Shown: in pieces, positions 1 to 11,916 of the stretch
Layout: every line of letters begins with the position of its first letter
Numbering within the stretch: the first letter of the stretch is position 1
Assembly (NCBI GenBank): GCA_951406725.2
Contig: OX597815.1
Location: 95,852,001-95,916,000, forward strand
Direction of reading: 5' to 3'
Length of the DNA stretch: 64,000 nucleotides
Source: Octopus vulgaris
Lineage: Eukaryota
The notes under the pieces: model-generated
Seen by the model: the letters and a program-made list of their open reading frames with translations, nothing else
What the model was told of the DNA's origin: nothing
The model's database searches: none
Made by a program: the position numbers and the translations under genes

Positions 1-964
1 CAATATCATGAGGTTTGGTAAAGGAAAACTTAAAACAAGATATTAGCTGATAATTAAAGGGGTCGCACACTAGCAGACCATTGATAATGAAACACGGGAA
101 GCCTTATCATGTAGTACTACAGTTAATTATTTTAAACAATGTTGCTATATTTTATACAGTTTAGGGTTATTCAAAGGATAATTAAAAAGAATATTATAAC
201 AAAAAGATAGAAATCTATGAACACTTTTGAGTATATACCCAACTTTTACCACAATAGAGGGAGGAAAAGAAATTATCCAGAAATAGTTTAATATGCATAC
301 TAGACTTAAATATTAACTCATCAGATATTGGTATTAATAAAGGAGTATTGAGGTAAAGGAACATGCTAATTATAATTATAATCTAAGCAGTAGTTCCTTT
401 TATAAATATTGAATATACCAGTATAGTTTTATATAAGCTAAGTATGAATTTATAGAGATACAAAAATTAGATTAATTTTATAAATAAATAAAGTCTAAGT
501 AGAAATAATAAAGAAATAAAATAAACTAATCAAGTAGGGCAGAACACCATAGAAAAAGGAAATAAATTGGCTTAATTACTAATACTATGGTAAAGTATAT
601 GTAGCTTTATAACACCAATAGATAAGATTTTTAGAAAAATTATAATAATTCAAAATATATCAGACTAAAAATTATATGTTTACATATTTTGCTAATATCA
701 ATAAAAGACTGATGTCTGATATCGGATAAAAGGATATTTAGGGTAGAGCATCAGAGAAAAGGAATAAAAACAGCCTAATCACTAAAAACCATAATAAAAT
801 ATCCATATCTTATTAATTTCAATAGCAAGTATATATATAAAATGTATAATAATTTAAGTTTTATGAGCTACAAATTGTTAATTAACTTATTTAGCGTATT
901 ATAATCAGAACTGAAACCCGGTATCGGTTAAAATAATAACGCTGGTCAACAAAGTGAAACTATT

Positions 965-1800
965 TTTAATCATCAGAGTTGCTGATTGACTTTTCTGGGT
1001 TAATGTTTGATGCTGATTACAAATCTGGAATCCGAATTCATCTATCAGGTCAAATTTTCATGTTAATGATACTTGCTGTTTTAACTTATAGGATACGTAA
1101 AGAATGTCTATATAAAATATATTGAACAAAAGATACGATAATTTCATTAAAGTTATTGTGTACAAAAAAGTTAGAATACACTCAAATGCATAACAACTTA
1201 AAATCTTTGAGGTTTGGACATTCTATGGCGTTTTATCTCAGGTTCATCCCTGTATAACATCCGCTAACATTCCAACTAAACTCTAGAGATCTCACAGAGC
1301 CATTTGAAGGATTCCCAGGCTTTAAGCTCAGTCTCATCAAGTGCTGTGAAGAAGTGGTTGTCCTTCAGGAGTTCTTTTATGTGCGGACCTATGAATACGT
1401 CCTCCTTCAGTTTTACCTCGGTGATTTTTGGAAATTTGACCTTCAAGTATTCAAAACCTTTTGAGCTTTTTCTGGCAAGTGTCTTCACAAATTGTTTTAT
1501 GAGGCCAAGCTTTATGTGAAGAGGGGAAGAACATTTTTGGGGGTTAAAAGTGGCTTATTCTGGACGCTAGAGACTCCCGGCTCATCTGATTTTCGCTAAT
1601 TCCACTCTGATTGCACATAGTGCTTGCTAGTTGCATGACTGTCCCATAGGCATAAAATGCAACAATATTTAATGAACCCAGATTGCATTCCCATCAACAT
1701 CCAGTCAAGTCTCCACATATTTTCCAGCTGTAGTTTGTATACTTTATGGCATTGAGGAGTAATGAAACGATGCTCATATGCATGCAAAGACCAACTCTTA
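965..1800 (-). mobile_element. Decayed DNA-transposon transposase, Chapaev3/CMC-like
   Basis: Minus-strand frameshifted motifs KYTNYSWKICGDL, MGMQSGFIKYCCILCLWDSHA, PLHIKLGLIKQFVKTL and FPKITEVKLKEDVFIGPHIKEL. Superfamily assignment is from recalled motifs. Confidence 0.65.
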
Positions 1801-2034
1801 ATCAATCGCATGATGCTTAAGAAGTGTCATAACAACTGCAGAAAATCTTAGTTTCGAATGGATTGATCATAGATCTTGAAATCGCTGGATATCTTCAAAA
1901 TTTCTCCTGTGATTTCTAACTCCCTGAAGCACACGCCAATGTGGAATATCATACTTCAATTATACCACAATAATGGAGTACTAACCACAAAAAATATTTA
2001 TATCAACTGCGGCATTTTCCAAAGTGATTTATTT

Positions 2035-3415
2035 TCACCATTTGCATAGCCTAATTAACCCATAGAAGTGAACTTAACAGAACAGGGTATGGTATAAAAT
2101 CGGTGACAAGAAAGTAAGTCATCTTTTTTATATGAATGATTTAAAACTCTGTGGCAAAGATGATGATGCGCTTCAAAGACTACTTAGAATTCTAAACGCT
2201 TTCATTGATGACATCGGGATGGGATTTGTTCTAGATAAATGTACCAAGGCCGCTTTCCAGAAACCTCACTTTCAGTGGTGTTGGATGTTGACACAGTCGT
2301 AAAAGAACTCGAGCAGGAGCAAACTTACAAATACCTCGGAATAGATAAGGGCTCTGGCATTCAGCATGCAAGCATGATAGAGAAGATCAGAAAGGAATGT
2401 TAGAGGAGAGTTCGGGGAGTCCTAAAATCTGAGTTAAATGCGCGTAACAAGGTTAGCTATAAACTCCTTAGAATTTCCATTTGTTATTTACAGTTTCGAT
2501 GTGTTGAACTGGAATATATCCAAAGTAAGGAAGATTGACAAGAAAATCCATAAGCTGACTTGAAATAAGATGCACCACACAATGGAAGACGCAGAACGTT
2601 TTTACCTAGCCAGAGCTCATGGAGGCCGAGGCTTGATCCAATTTGTAATCTCTTACAAAACCATCACAATTGGACTGGCAAAATATCTTGAAACATCTAA
2701 AGACTGGATCCTGAATCTCGTCGAAAATCATGATGGTTGGGACAAAACTTCTGCATGGCAAATATGTGGCCCTTAGCAAACAAGCTGAAGTAGAAAAAAA
2801 GCACACCCATCTCAACCTCCATGGCGTGATTACATGGTACATCTAATTTGCAAATCAGGATGTCGGTGTCAGAGAAATCAAGAGAAAAAAAGAAGGAGAA
2901 GGTACATAGATACACACACTCACACACACATATAATTATATATATATAGATATATGTGTGTGTGTGTGTCTGTCTGTGTGTGTGCGTGTGTGTGAGACTA
3001 TAGGTTCCTCAAGGAAGTGTACTGCGAACCATGGTGTATGTAGTGGCCCTCTCAGATATGCCCCTAGCCATATAGTTAGCTACCCTCACCTGTTAAACTG
3101 ATGATACAAATATTTCACAGCCGGTCAAGGAGACTCATGACATATTTAAACTACAAAACAGCCTGAATGCAACATACAGATGGGCTGATGAAAATCGCTC
3201 AGGGCGCCGATACATCAACGATATGATTGAAATAGTGGACCACTAATCTCTGGGTGAAGAGTTATAACACATGTAGAGTACAAATCAAGATAAGACAGAT
3301 TTGGCCAATACCTACATTGGATAATGTGTTGGCATTATGAAATCAAAACTGCTGACAAATGGTACAAGCACCACTCAGAAACTGTAAGTGATGAAGAAAA
3401 TGTCACGATTCTTGT
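2035..3415 (+). mobile_element. Decayed R4/Dong-like non-LTR retrotransposon fragment, interrupted at 2813-3195
   Basis: SHLF-YMND-LKL RT motif, ELNARNKV and RFYLARAHGGRGLIQ; after 3195 it resumes with GQYLHWIMCWHYEIK..WYKH..ENVTIL. Confidence 0.8.
2813..3195 (+). repeat. 383-bp direct repeat, copy 1 (partner 4533-4915)
   Basis: CAACCTCCATGGCGTG...GGGCTGATGAAAAT; about 2 mismatches seen between copies. Confidence 0.95.
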
Positions 3416-3767
3416 ATATAGCTGAAGGATAAACTACTGGAATCAGCATAATTAGTTACACTATAATGCCATCAGTCACCTCTCTCCCCTCTGCCAATGA
3501 GAATCTACAAACGTTGTTTTACAATCATGAATCATATGTCGCAATGTGTCAGAATAGCTACAATTGATGTAAGCTATATCTAGTAAGATTAAAGAATCAC
3601 CTGCTTTCTAACAAATATATATATTATACAATACGTATAAAGTACATATAGAACTTGTAAATTAAATGATTTATAGAAGCACAAACATACCCAAGAGATA
3701 AACGGAATGTATTTAAATATAATAACGTAAACATTGTAATGTATGTTGGTATAAAATATTTTATATC

Positions 3768-4148
3768 ATTACCTCCGCCTTTGCGAAGGCGGAGGTATTG
3801 TTTTTCAGTCGTGTTTGTTTGTTTGCTTCTTTGTCCGTGGGCAAGACAGCTAAAGTACCGCTGGATGAATTCGGATGAAACTTTCATGTATATTTGGCCT
3901 CGTGACTGGTACGAGTTGATTAGATTGTGAGATCGATCCAGTACCGGACAAGGATTCTGGATTATTTTCGTGCGTTTTTTTTTTACTAAATTTTTGAGAG
4001 GGGTCGAGTTCCTTTTTAGCATTCTCGTTTGTAAGAGCAGTTGAGTTTATTTCAGCTATTCTCATTTTAAAAATCATCTTTGGCCAATCGTTGAGTGGAC
4101 TTTAGTGTTGCATTGGCGGAGGTTTGTGCTCTCTGGGTGCTCTTGTTT
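3768..4148 (+). mobile_element. DINE-1/HINE-like non-autonomous Helentron, complete
   Basis: 5' hairpin TACCTCCGCCT-TTGCGA-AGGCGGAGGTA, (GTTT)n, 3' subterminal GGCGGAGG, small stem-loop and T-rich end; second copy at 5549. Confidence 0.7.
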
Positions 4149-4252
4149 TATTTAATTCCACGAATGTTCATTTGCACTAAACATCTATATTAATATATTA
4201 AACAACATTTCTCTGCATTGATCTTATTATTATTCTATGCTAGCAACAACTG

Positions 4253-4336
<84 letters not shown>

Positions 4337-4350
4337 CCTATCTACCTATC
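4253..4350. repeat. (TCTA)n microsatellite
   Basis: Seen directly. Confidence 0.95.
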
Positions 4351-4532
4351 TATATACATACATACAAACTTACATATGTATGTGCATGTGCTTTCATGTG
4401 CGTGTTCTTACCTGTGTGTGTGAATTCATTTAATATATAAAGCATAAAGATACGAGAAACTAATAATTTCTTGCTTTGCCAAAGCGGGTCTAGACAGGTT
4501 TTAATAAAACACGACTTGCCTTTCTCTCCAAG

Positions 4533-4915
4533 CAACCTCCATGGCGTGATTACATGGTACATCTAATTTGCAAATCAGGATGTCGGTGCCAGAGAAATCA
4601 AGAGAAAAAAAGAAGGAGAAGGTACATAGATACACACACTCACACACACATATAATTATATATATATAGATATATGTGTGTGTGTGTGTCTGTCTGTGTG
4701 TGTGCGTGTGTGTGAGACTATAGGTTCCTCAAGGAAGTGTACTGCGAACCATGGTGTATGTAGTGGCCCTCTCAGATATGCCCCTAGCCATATAGTTAGC
4801 TACCCTCACCTGTTAAACTGATGATACAAATATTTCACAGCCGGTCAAGGAGACTCATGACATATTTAAACTACAAAACAGCCTGAATGCAACATACATA
4901 TGGGCTGATGAAAAT
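4533..4915 (+). repeat. 383-bp direct repeat, copy 2 (probable donor)
   Basis: Same sequence; here the embedded LINE fragment continues past the repeat end (MQFNVTKFQALQY). Confidence 0.95.
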
Positions 4916-5095
4916 TACATGCAGTTTAATGTTACGAAGTTTCAAGCACTCCAGTATTGGCTCACAAATAAATCATACTTGGAATAAATAGGACCAGAAG
5001 TTAGTGTAATCCCAAAGTGAGACACAGTGCGTGAGCTAGGACTCTACATAAGTAACAATGCTATCTTCCCTGTGTGTATTACCACGATAGTAGCA
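4720..5095 (+). mobile_element. CR1/L2-group LINE RT fragment
   Basis: VPQGSVL, VALSDMP, DDTNISQ, MQFNVTKFQAL; same family as 14715-16290. Confidence 0.7.
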
Positions 5096-5231
5096 CTGGC
5101 TAGGGATTGTGAGAGCATTGTGAATCAGGAAGAAGGATGACATGCTGCTTAGTCGTACCGAATGCAGTCAAGTTAGCGCGTGAAACTGATGGCAGAACTG
5201 GAGGTACGCGGGCGCACATACACAAACACAC

Positions 5232-5276
<45 letters not shown>

Positions 5277-5887
5277 AACACACACACGCAATCACGTACA
5301 CATATATGTATATTGCAGCTAGTGTTAGGGTCGCGTGTATTTTGCGTTATTTCTTTTAACCTACTTCTACTGAAGTCTGATAGATCTGAGAAGTTAACAG
5401 GCATTCGCGTTAATCGTGTTAATGAAAAATTTAATTATATGCATTGGATGCAGATTTTAAATTATCTAATGTCATAATGATGGTTGATGCCATTTTTATA
5501 TTCAACTGTGATTGTTCCGTTTAATATTAAACTGTGATAGTTTCGTATTTACCTCCGCCTTAGCCAGGGAGGAGGTATTGTTTTCAACCGTGTTTGTTTG
5601 CTTGTTTCTCCGTGGACAAGATATCTCAAGAACAGCTGGATGGATTCAGATGAAATTTTTGAGGATGTCGGGCCTCGTGACTGGTATGGACTGATTAGAT
5701 TTTGGGATCGATTCGGTACTGGACATGGATTCTAAATTATTTTTCCAGTTTTTTTATTTAGTTTTTGAGAGCGGTCGGGTTCATTTTTAGTATTCTCATT
5801 TGTAAGAGCAGTCGAGTTTATTTCAGATTATCTCCTTTTAAAAATCATCTCTGGCTAATCGTTGAGAGGACGTTAGTGTTGTATTTG

Positions 5888-8451
5888 AATCAGTTCGATG
5901 CGTGTACGCTTCATGTGAATACTGTCGCTTTTAAACTGTTATTTACGGAATTGTTGGATTTTGTTACCTGAAATTTCTGAAGCTGTTATTATCGGTTTTT
6001 AAAAATTTTCGGATCTTTTCAATTCTGAAGCCAGGACCACAGATCTTTCTACTTAACTAAATGTTCTGAAACTTCGTATGCTGATAGAGTCTAGCAAAAC
6101 AAGACACAGGTTGGAACTAGTTTATTTGAGAAAAATCTATTTTATGACTTTAATCGTAGATTAAAACTGCGAATTTTAACCAATCAGATTGTTTGTTTTC
6201 ATGTGTAAAACTTGACTGCATTCTATTAGTGTGACGTAGAAAGCGCTTTTGTGACGTACTAACGTTCGGAAAACTGTAAACAAACACAGAACGTAACGGC
6301 AGACGAAATACGGCTACGCATTTCGCCCGGCGTGCTAACGTTTCTGCCAGCTCTTTGCTTTTTTAATATTAAATTTCTTGCCTTTTGCACAAATAAATAC
6401 AATAAGTGAAATGAAACGCATTAGCTTAGAAACGAAATCTTGTTAGAAGCCTCGTCACTGAGATGCCACTTCTTAATAGCAAACGAAAGCAAGTACTAAC
6501 AGAATGGAAACATTTTCAATTTAATACATGTGGCTTATTAACTAGTTTTAAATATTGTTATTAGAAGGTGGCTGACTATAGGATCCTGGAAACATGAGTA
6601 CGTTAAATAATTAGAAGGAGATTTCACGGAGACATGCGGCTTGTTTACATTTAAGATGTTTAATACGTCACCAAATTGGTGGTCGAGACGGAGTAAATAA
6701 AATAAAGCCGAATGACGGAATATCATTGGTTAAAATTCTAATTATTAAACAACGTTAAACTTAGAAGTTACAATTCCGTTTTCATTCTGGTTTACAATTA
6801 AGTTTACTTTTGACACATTCTACCAGTATACGAAGTTTCAAATTGTTTGGTTCAGTAGGAAAAATTTGAAAAAACTGGCTTCAGAATTGAAAAGATCCAA
6901 ATTTTCTTCCCCATTTATAGGTGAAGTTGTGAACAATATTCTTATGGAATGTACACCAGTGCAAGCGGGCAGTTATGATGCGGTGACTGGCAAAAGCCTG
7001 TCAGCAGAGGTACTGCAAGTTAGAGAAGTTGAATTAAAGGAGAAAAGCTTTATAAAAAACGAAGATTTATTGAGAAAGGAGGCTGATAGCCTGACGTTGA
7101 CGCCTCCCAAGGAAATGATAAAAATTAAAAAGTGGAGTGTCTTATAGTTTCCTCTTCACTCACGAAGCGTACTTCCACTGTGCCGCTTTCCTGTGGTGTA
7201 GTACATCGTTAGATCTTTGACTTCTCTCAAGCATTCTTTTTGTTGCCAACGTGCGGCCAGAGTGAGGATTGGTAGAGTGGCAGCCACAGAGGAGGACACC
7301 AAAATACCGAAAATTACATGAACTACGAAGGTGAACCGCTGGGGATACGGACTGGAAATATCGGGTCACATCAGTTTACCAGAACTCCACAAAATGGCAG
7401 AGGAATTGGTGTTGCATGACGAGATGACGTTGAGAGTTGTAGCGGAAGGAAGACCACCTGTATGCTATCAATGTGGATTAAGGGGACACATGAAAGCTAC
7501 GTGTCCCCAGAAAAACGAACAGGAGGAGATAGAGAAAGAACATCAAGAAGAAGAGGGCTGAAACGTAGAGGAGCAAAAAATAGAAGAAGAAAATACAGTG
7601 GTGAAGAGGAAGAAAAATAATACGGACTCAACACCAAAAAGTCCTAGGAAGTAAAGAAAGAGAAGTGGAGAGGAGACGCAGAGTGGAAAGCAAGGAAAAG
7701 CGAACGAGCAGAGAAAAAATGAAAGGTCAACAAATGTGACAAAATCGAGGAGCAAACGCAGAGACCGTTACCATCAACTAGCAAGAAGGATAAAGTACAG
7801 AAGAAAAGGGTAAATGAAAGAGAGATGATAGGAGCAAAGAATGAGTGACATCTAGAGATAGGAATACCAGCAACAGTAGAAAAGATTGGTAAGGAAAACA
7901 GAGAGTAATACCAAAAGGAAAAATATAAGAACTATGATACAATACACAAAAAGTGTAGAGATAGAAAAAATATTGCGAAGATGAAAAAGGTAATTAGAAT
8001 TAAATTGCCACCCATAGAGTACAATGAAGGTATGAAAGCTGTTCTGCTGGAAAGAGAAAGATGAGAAGGGTTGGAGGAATTATTTGGGGAAAAGATAGAT
8101 GTGACAATGATACAGTTTCGTTTCGATGAGTCGCAGCCGGTGGCCGGTTGTGGCGTTCGAAGATTTATTGGATTATATGGTGTACATAGTGACTTTGTAT
8201 TAATTTGAAAAAAGAAAAAGGAAAAAAAGGAAAACAAATACAAGGCAGGATATTGAAGTGTTAGTAAAATTGTATTTAAAAACAGTAAAATGAAACTGTC
8301 TCCTTATGGGGAGCAGGTAAGTCATTCCATCCTCATTTTTCATTGTATCAATAATTTCATACGATATGTTTTTTTATGTACACCATTGTATTGTTGTGTC
8401 TGTTTTTTGTGTTGTCCCATCTTTATAGAGGCGTTGTGCCTAATAAAAGAA
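5888..8451 (+). mobile_element. ORF1/Gag-only retroelement copy A (decayed; MITE in 5' UTR)
   Basis: Starts AATCAGTT; ATG at 6944 (MECTPVQAGSYDAVT); VVAEGRPPVCYQCGLRGHMKATC knuckle at ~7463-7504; charged linker; AATAAA at 8442; no RT. Confidence 0.75.
6011..6898. mobile_element. MITE with 24-bp perfect TIRs and 8-bp TSD (Merlin-like)
   Basis: TIR GGATCTTTTCAATTCTGAAGCCAG / CTGGCTTCAGAATTGAAAAGATCC; TSD AAATTTTC on both sides. Confidence 0.9.
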
Positions 8452-10287
8452 ATCAGGACGTTGATGTTGCTTTGGTGGAGGTTTGTGTCACAGGCGGTTT
8501 GAGTTGTTTTTTGTCATGTAATTCTTCGTGTTAAATATTTGTTTCAGTGATTGTTACTGTTCGAATTGTTGCTAGTGTTATTTTGAATTGTTGTTTTTTC
8601 CCCATTGTGGGAAAAATAGAGAAAACGCCAGCAGGTGGCCATAGTTAAGCGGCTGCAACTCGTAAATGGATAGATGTGGAAACGCTGGAGTTATGGGAAA
8701 TAAAAGCTGAACCGCGAAAAATGGAGGAATGCGCGAAGTTGCTGGAAAGACGGGAATACACTGAAATTAACGCCGCCTGTGAAACTAACAACCGATGTAA
8801 TGGAAAGAACGGTGATATATAAAACAATGGAGATAGCAACTAGAAAATAGAAATAGCAACAATAGAGGCTTTTGAAGAATGTTTGAAGAATATAAAAAGA
8901 CTAACTACATTTATAACACGAGGGAGAAAGTACGGTACTGTGGTGGTGCGTTTTGCATCAGAAGAGGAAGAAATTAAGCCCTCCACAGAGGGAATAAGAT
9001 CGGAAGAATGGGTACTTTTGACATCGTGTGACCAGGGTGCAAGTTGGCAAAGTGCCCCCAGAGCTGAAAAAAGTATGGAAGATGACAGCCATAATGTATG
9101 ACATGAATGAGGAGGCTAAGATACTGAAGGCCACAAGAACCCAAAGAGTTAACTACAAGGGATATGGAATAGAGTTAACCGTTCAAGCGACAGTGGAAGA
9201 TATAAACAGAATTATCGTAGAGATAGTGCTGCCCGATGACGTAAGATTGAGAGTGATGGTGGAGGGCAGGCCGCCTATATGTTACACATGTGAGGAAAAG
9301 GGCCACATGAAAGGCGTGGTGCTCCCAGAGGGAACAACAGATAGATCAGACGGATAGGGAGGAGAACATGGATCAGATGGTAGGAGTTGAGATCAATGAG
9401 AAAGCAACAGAGGAGGGGTTCACGGTGGTTAAAAGATAAAAGAGAAGTAAGAGAGTGTGCTCACCGCTGGAGTAGCAGAAAAAGAAGGAAGCGATAAAAA
9501 AAGGAGGATACCAGAAGGAAGGAAGACGAAATGGTGATGGATAAAATAAGCGAAAAGGAACTTGAAGTGTTCAAGGGGGAGTTGCATAATGAAGAAACAT
9601 TGGTGAAGACAGCAGCTGTTCCAGTGGAGAAAGAATATCTAGAAACACAAGTGGAGAGACTGTTCAGAGCGGTGGAAGAAAAGAAGAAGCTACCAGGAGA
9701 GGCGCAGGAAAACAGTAATCTAATAAGAAAATGAAAATTTCGATGGAATTTTGTGACGTACGCAAAAAGCAAAGAAACTGAAAAGAAAGTATTAAAGTTT
9801 AAACATATTATAAGAGTAAAGTTCCCCACGGATGTGTAATCCGAGAATGTGAAGTCCATCGTGGTTGACAAGGACACCTACAACAGACTAAAAGACATGT
9901 GTGGAAAAGGGATTGACTAGCCAGGAGTGATGATGGAATTCGATGAATTGCCACCTGTAGTGGCGCTAAAGGATTTAGAACCTTTCATGAGATATTAAAA
10001 AGGAAAAAAAAATAGGTAAAATTGTTTTATTGAAGAAAGAAGAAAAAAGTAAAATTGTTTCATTAAAAAAAAAAGAGAGGATAAAACAAGATTAAGAAAA
10101 ACAATAAGATAATAGAACGATTGTAAATAGCTTATATAAACGTTCAAATGATAAGCCGGCCTTTTCATTTTTCATTTTTATATAACATCTCATTTTCATT
10201 CGTTCATGTTTTTGTCCCCACTGTGGTGTTGTGTCTGTGTTTGTAGTGTCCCCTCTGTGTTGTGGCCGTAATGCCAAAATAAAGAAA
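8452..10287 (+). mobile_element. ORF1/Gag-only retroelement copy B (decayed)
   Basis: Starts ATCAGG; TRGRKYGTVVVRF, RVQVGKVPPE, MVEGRPPICYTCEEKGHMK, HIIRVKFP; AATAAA at 10278. Confidence 0.75.
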
Positions 10288-10689
10288 CAGAGGTCTGTGC
10301 TCTCCGAGGGCTCTTGTTTATTACTATTTTCAGTTTAGAGAAGTAGAAAAAAAACGTTTTTACAACTTTTAGACTGGAAACCAACATTTGACAAAGTACA
10401 TTTCTATAGAGTACTGAAATATTCTCGGAAATGTTCTATTTTCACATATGCCAGTTGAATGTATTAACTAAATGATTTTAAAATGAGTTTTGAGTGGATT
10501 AATCCAACACAATATGTTGAGAGGCGATATACCCAGCAACCCAGCTGCAATTAATATTGATGCAAATATATATTTAGGTATATTTATATATTAGCTGTGT
10601 TGTGCAATTCGAACCCCTAATGATTACTTTATATTTTATACTTCAGTTTTTTTCGAGGAAAGCATTACTTATCACTTTTAAGATCATAA

Positions 10690-10875
10690 TTCTTATCACG
10701 TCAGTCAATTTGATTAGCAGTATTTCGTTCTGTGGTTAAAATCGGCGAGGTCTTCTATGTCTTTCAAACATTCTGGGTCGATAAAATAAGAAACAGTTGT
10801 GCTCTGGCGTCTATGAAATCGACTATCTCCTTCCCACAAAAGTTTAGACCTTGTACCTATAGTAGACAATCATTA
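10690..10875 (+). mobile_element. Decayed SINE, same family as 29880-30088
   Basis: TTAGCAGTATTTCG...GAGGTCTTCTATGTCTTTCA...GGGTCGATAAAATAAG. Confidence 0.6.
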
Positions 10876-11700
10876 TTTTGCCAATTCTTATATTCACATT
10901 ACTCGAGAACTTAAGTGACGTTTAACATTCCAATTTCTAACATTTTTCCAGAAAATTCTTTTTTAAATTACCTGTACTAAAACTAGTATATCAGCATTGT
11001 GGAAGCCATTGTTAGGGTTGTGCATGAGTATTAGAGTCAGTTTAATGTTAGACCATCGTTTAGCGATTAGAGTTAGGTGTTACAGTATGTGTTTTGTGTT
11101 AGATGTATTTGAGAATGGAATAAGCGAAACAATTCGAATTTAAAGTTTTATTTAAACAGTAAAACCTAAAAAAGTCTAAATTGATAAAACAATTTAAAAT
11201 GTTATGTGTGAATGAATATTATTGCACAAGTCAACCATATCTTGTATATATGTATACGCTCATACACTTTCTCTCTCTCTCACACACCCACACACAAACA
11301 TACTCATTTTATTTAGATAAATATTTCATATACTGTTATATATATTAAAAATACATGCATTGGAATTTTCAATTATTTATTTTTACACTAGATATTTCAA
11401 ACGTGAGCAATAGTTTATACTTAGAATATGAGTACCCCTTCGTTATATATTTTCCACACTTATGTTCGCAACAATAAATGTAGAATTACGATGATTCATG
11501 TTAATCATGTTACTCGAAATTGCATGTTATATTGTGAGGGCAAGCGTTGGCAATTTCCTCGCTTCGATTGCTGGGCGGGGGACGCATTGTTAACCAGTGC
11601 CATATCTCAATGCATCTTCTTTAATAATTAGTGAGTAGCGAGCAAATATTTCATTTCTTTAAAAAATGTGGTTCCTGTTTTGCATTATTGGAGAGAATAT

Positions 11701-11916
11701 GAATCTCTACCTTTTGACCTACAGTTTCATTGATTGGTTCAAATTACCGAAATACGAGAACTTTAACGTGAAATAACTTCGTAAATATAAGTTTTTCTCA
11801 AAAATGCTAAGAGTAAAAGATGTTTTACATGACACATTCAACCAGTGTCCGAAGTTTGAAAGTGTTTAGTTACAAAAAAATATTTTTTAAATTTGTAGGT
11901 CAAAAGGTAAAGATCC
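11701..11916. mobile_element. MITE with 23-bp TIRs and 8-bp TSD (Merlin-like)
   Basis: GAATCTCTACCTTTTGACCTACA / TGTAGGTCAAAAGGTAAAGATCC; flanks GAGAATAT / GAGAATAC. Confidence 0.85.

Larger units (their letters stand above)
5549..10319 (+). mobile_element. Second DINE-1/HINE-like copy, split (5549-5887 and 10288-10319) by a 4.4-kb insert
   Basis: 5549-5887 aligns with 3768-4115; the missing 3' end CAGAGGTCTGTGCTCTCCGAGGGCTCTTGTTT reappears at 10288. Confidence 0.75.

Noticed and set aside
6866-7147. 93-aa ORF as a gene
   Set aside because: Chimeric: starts in a MITE TIR and reads into the Gag-like frame, whose likely ATG is 6944.
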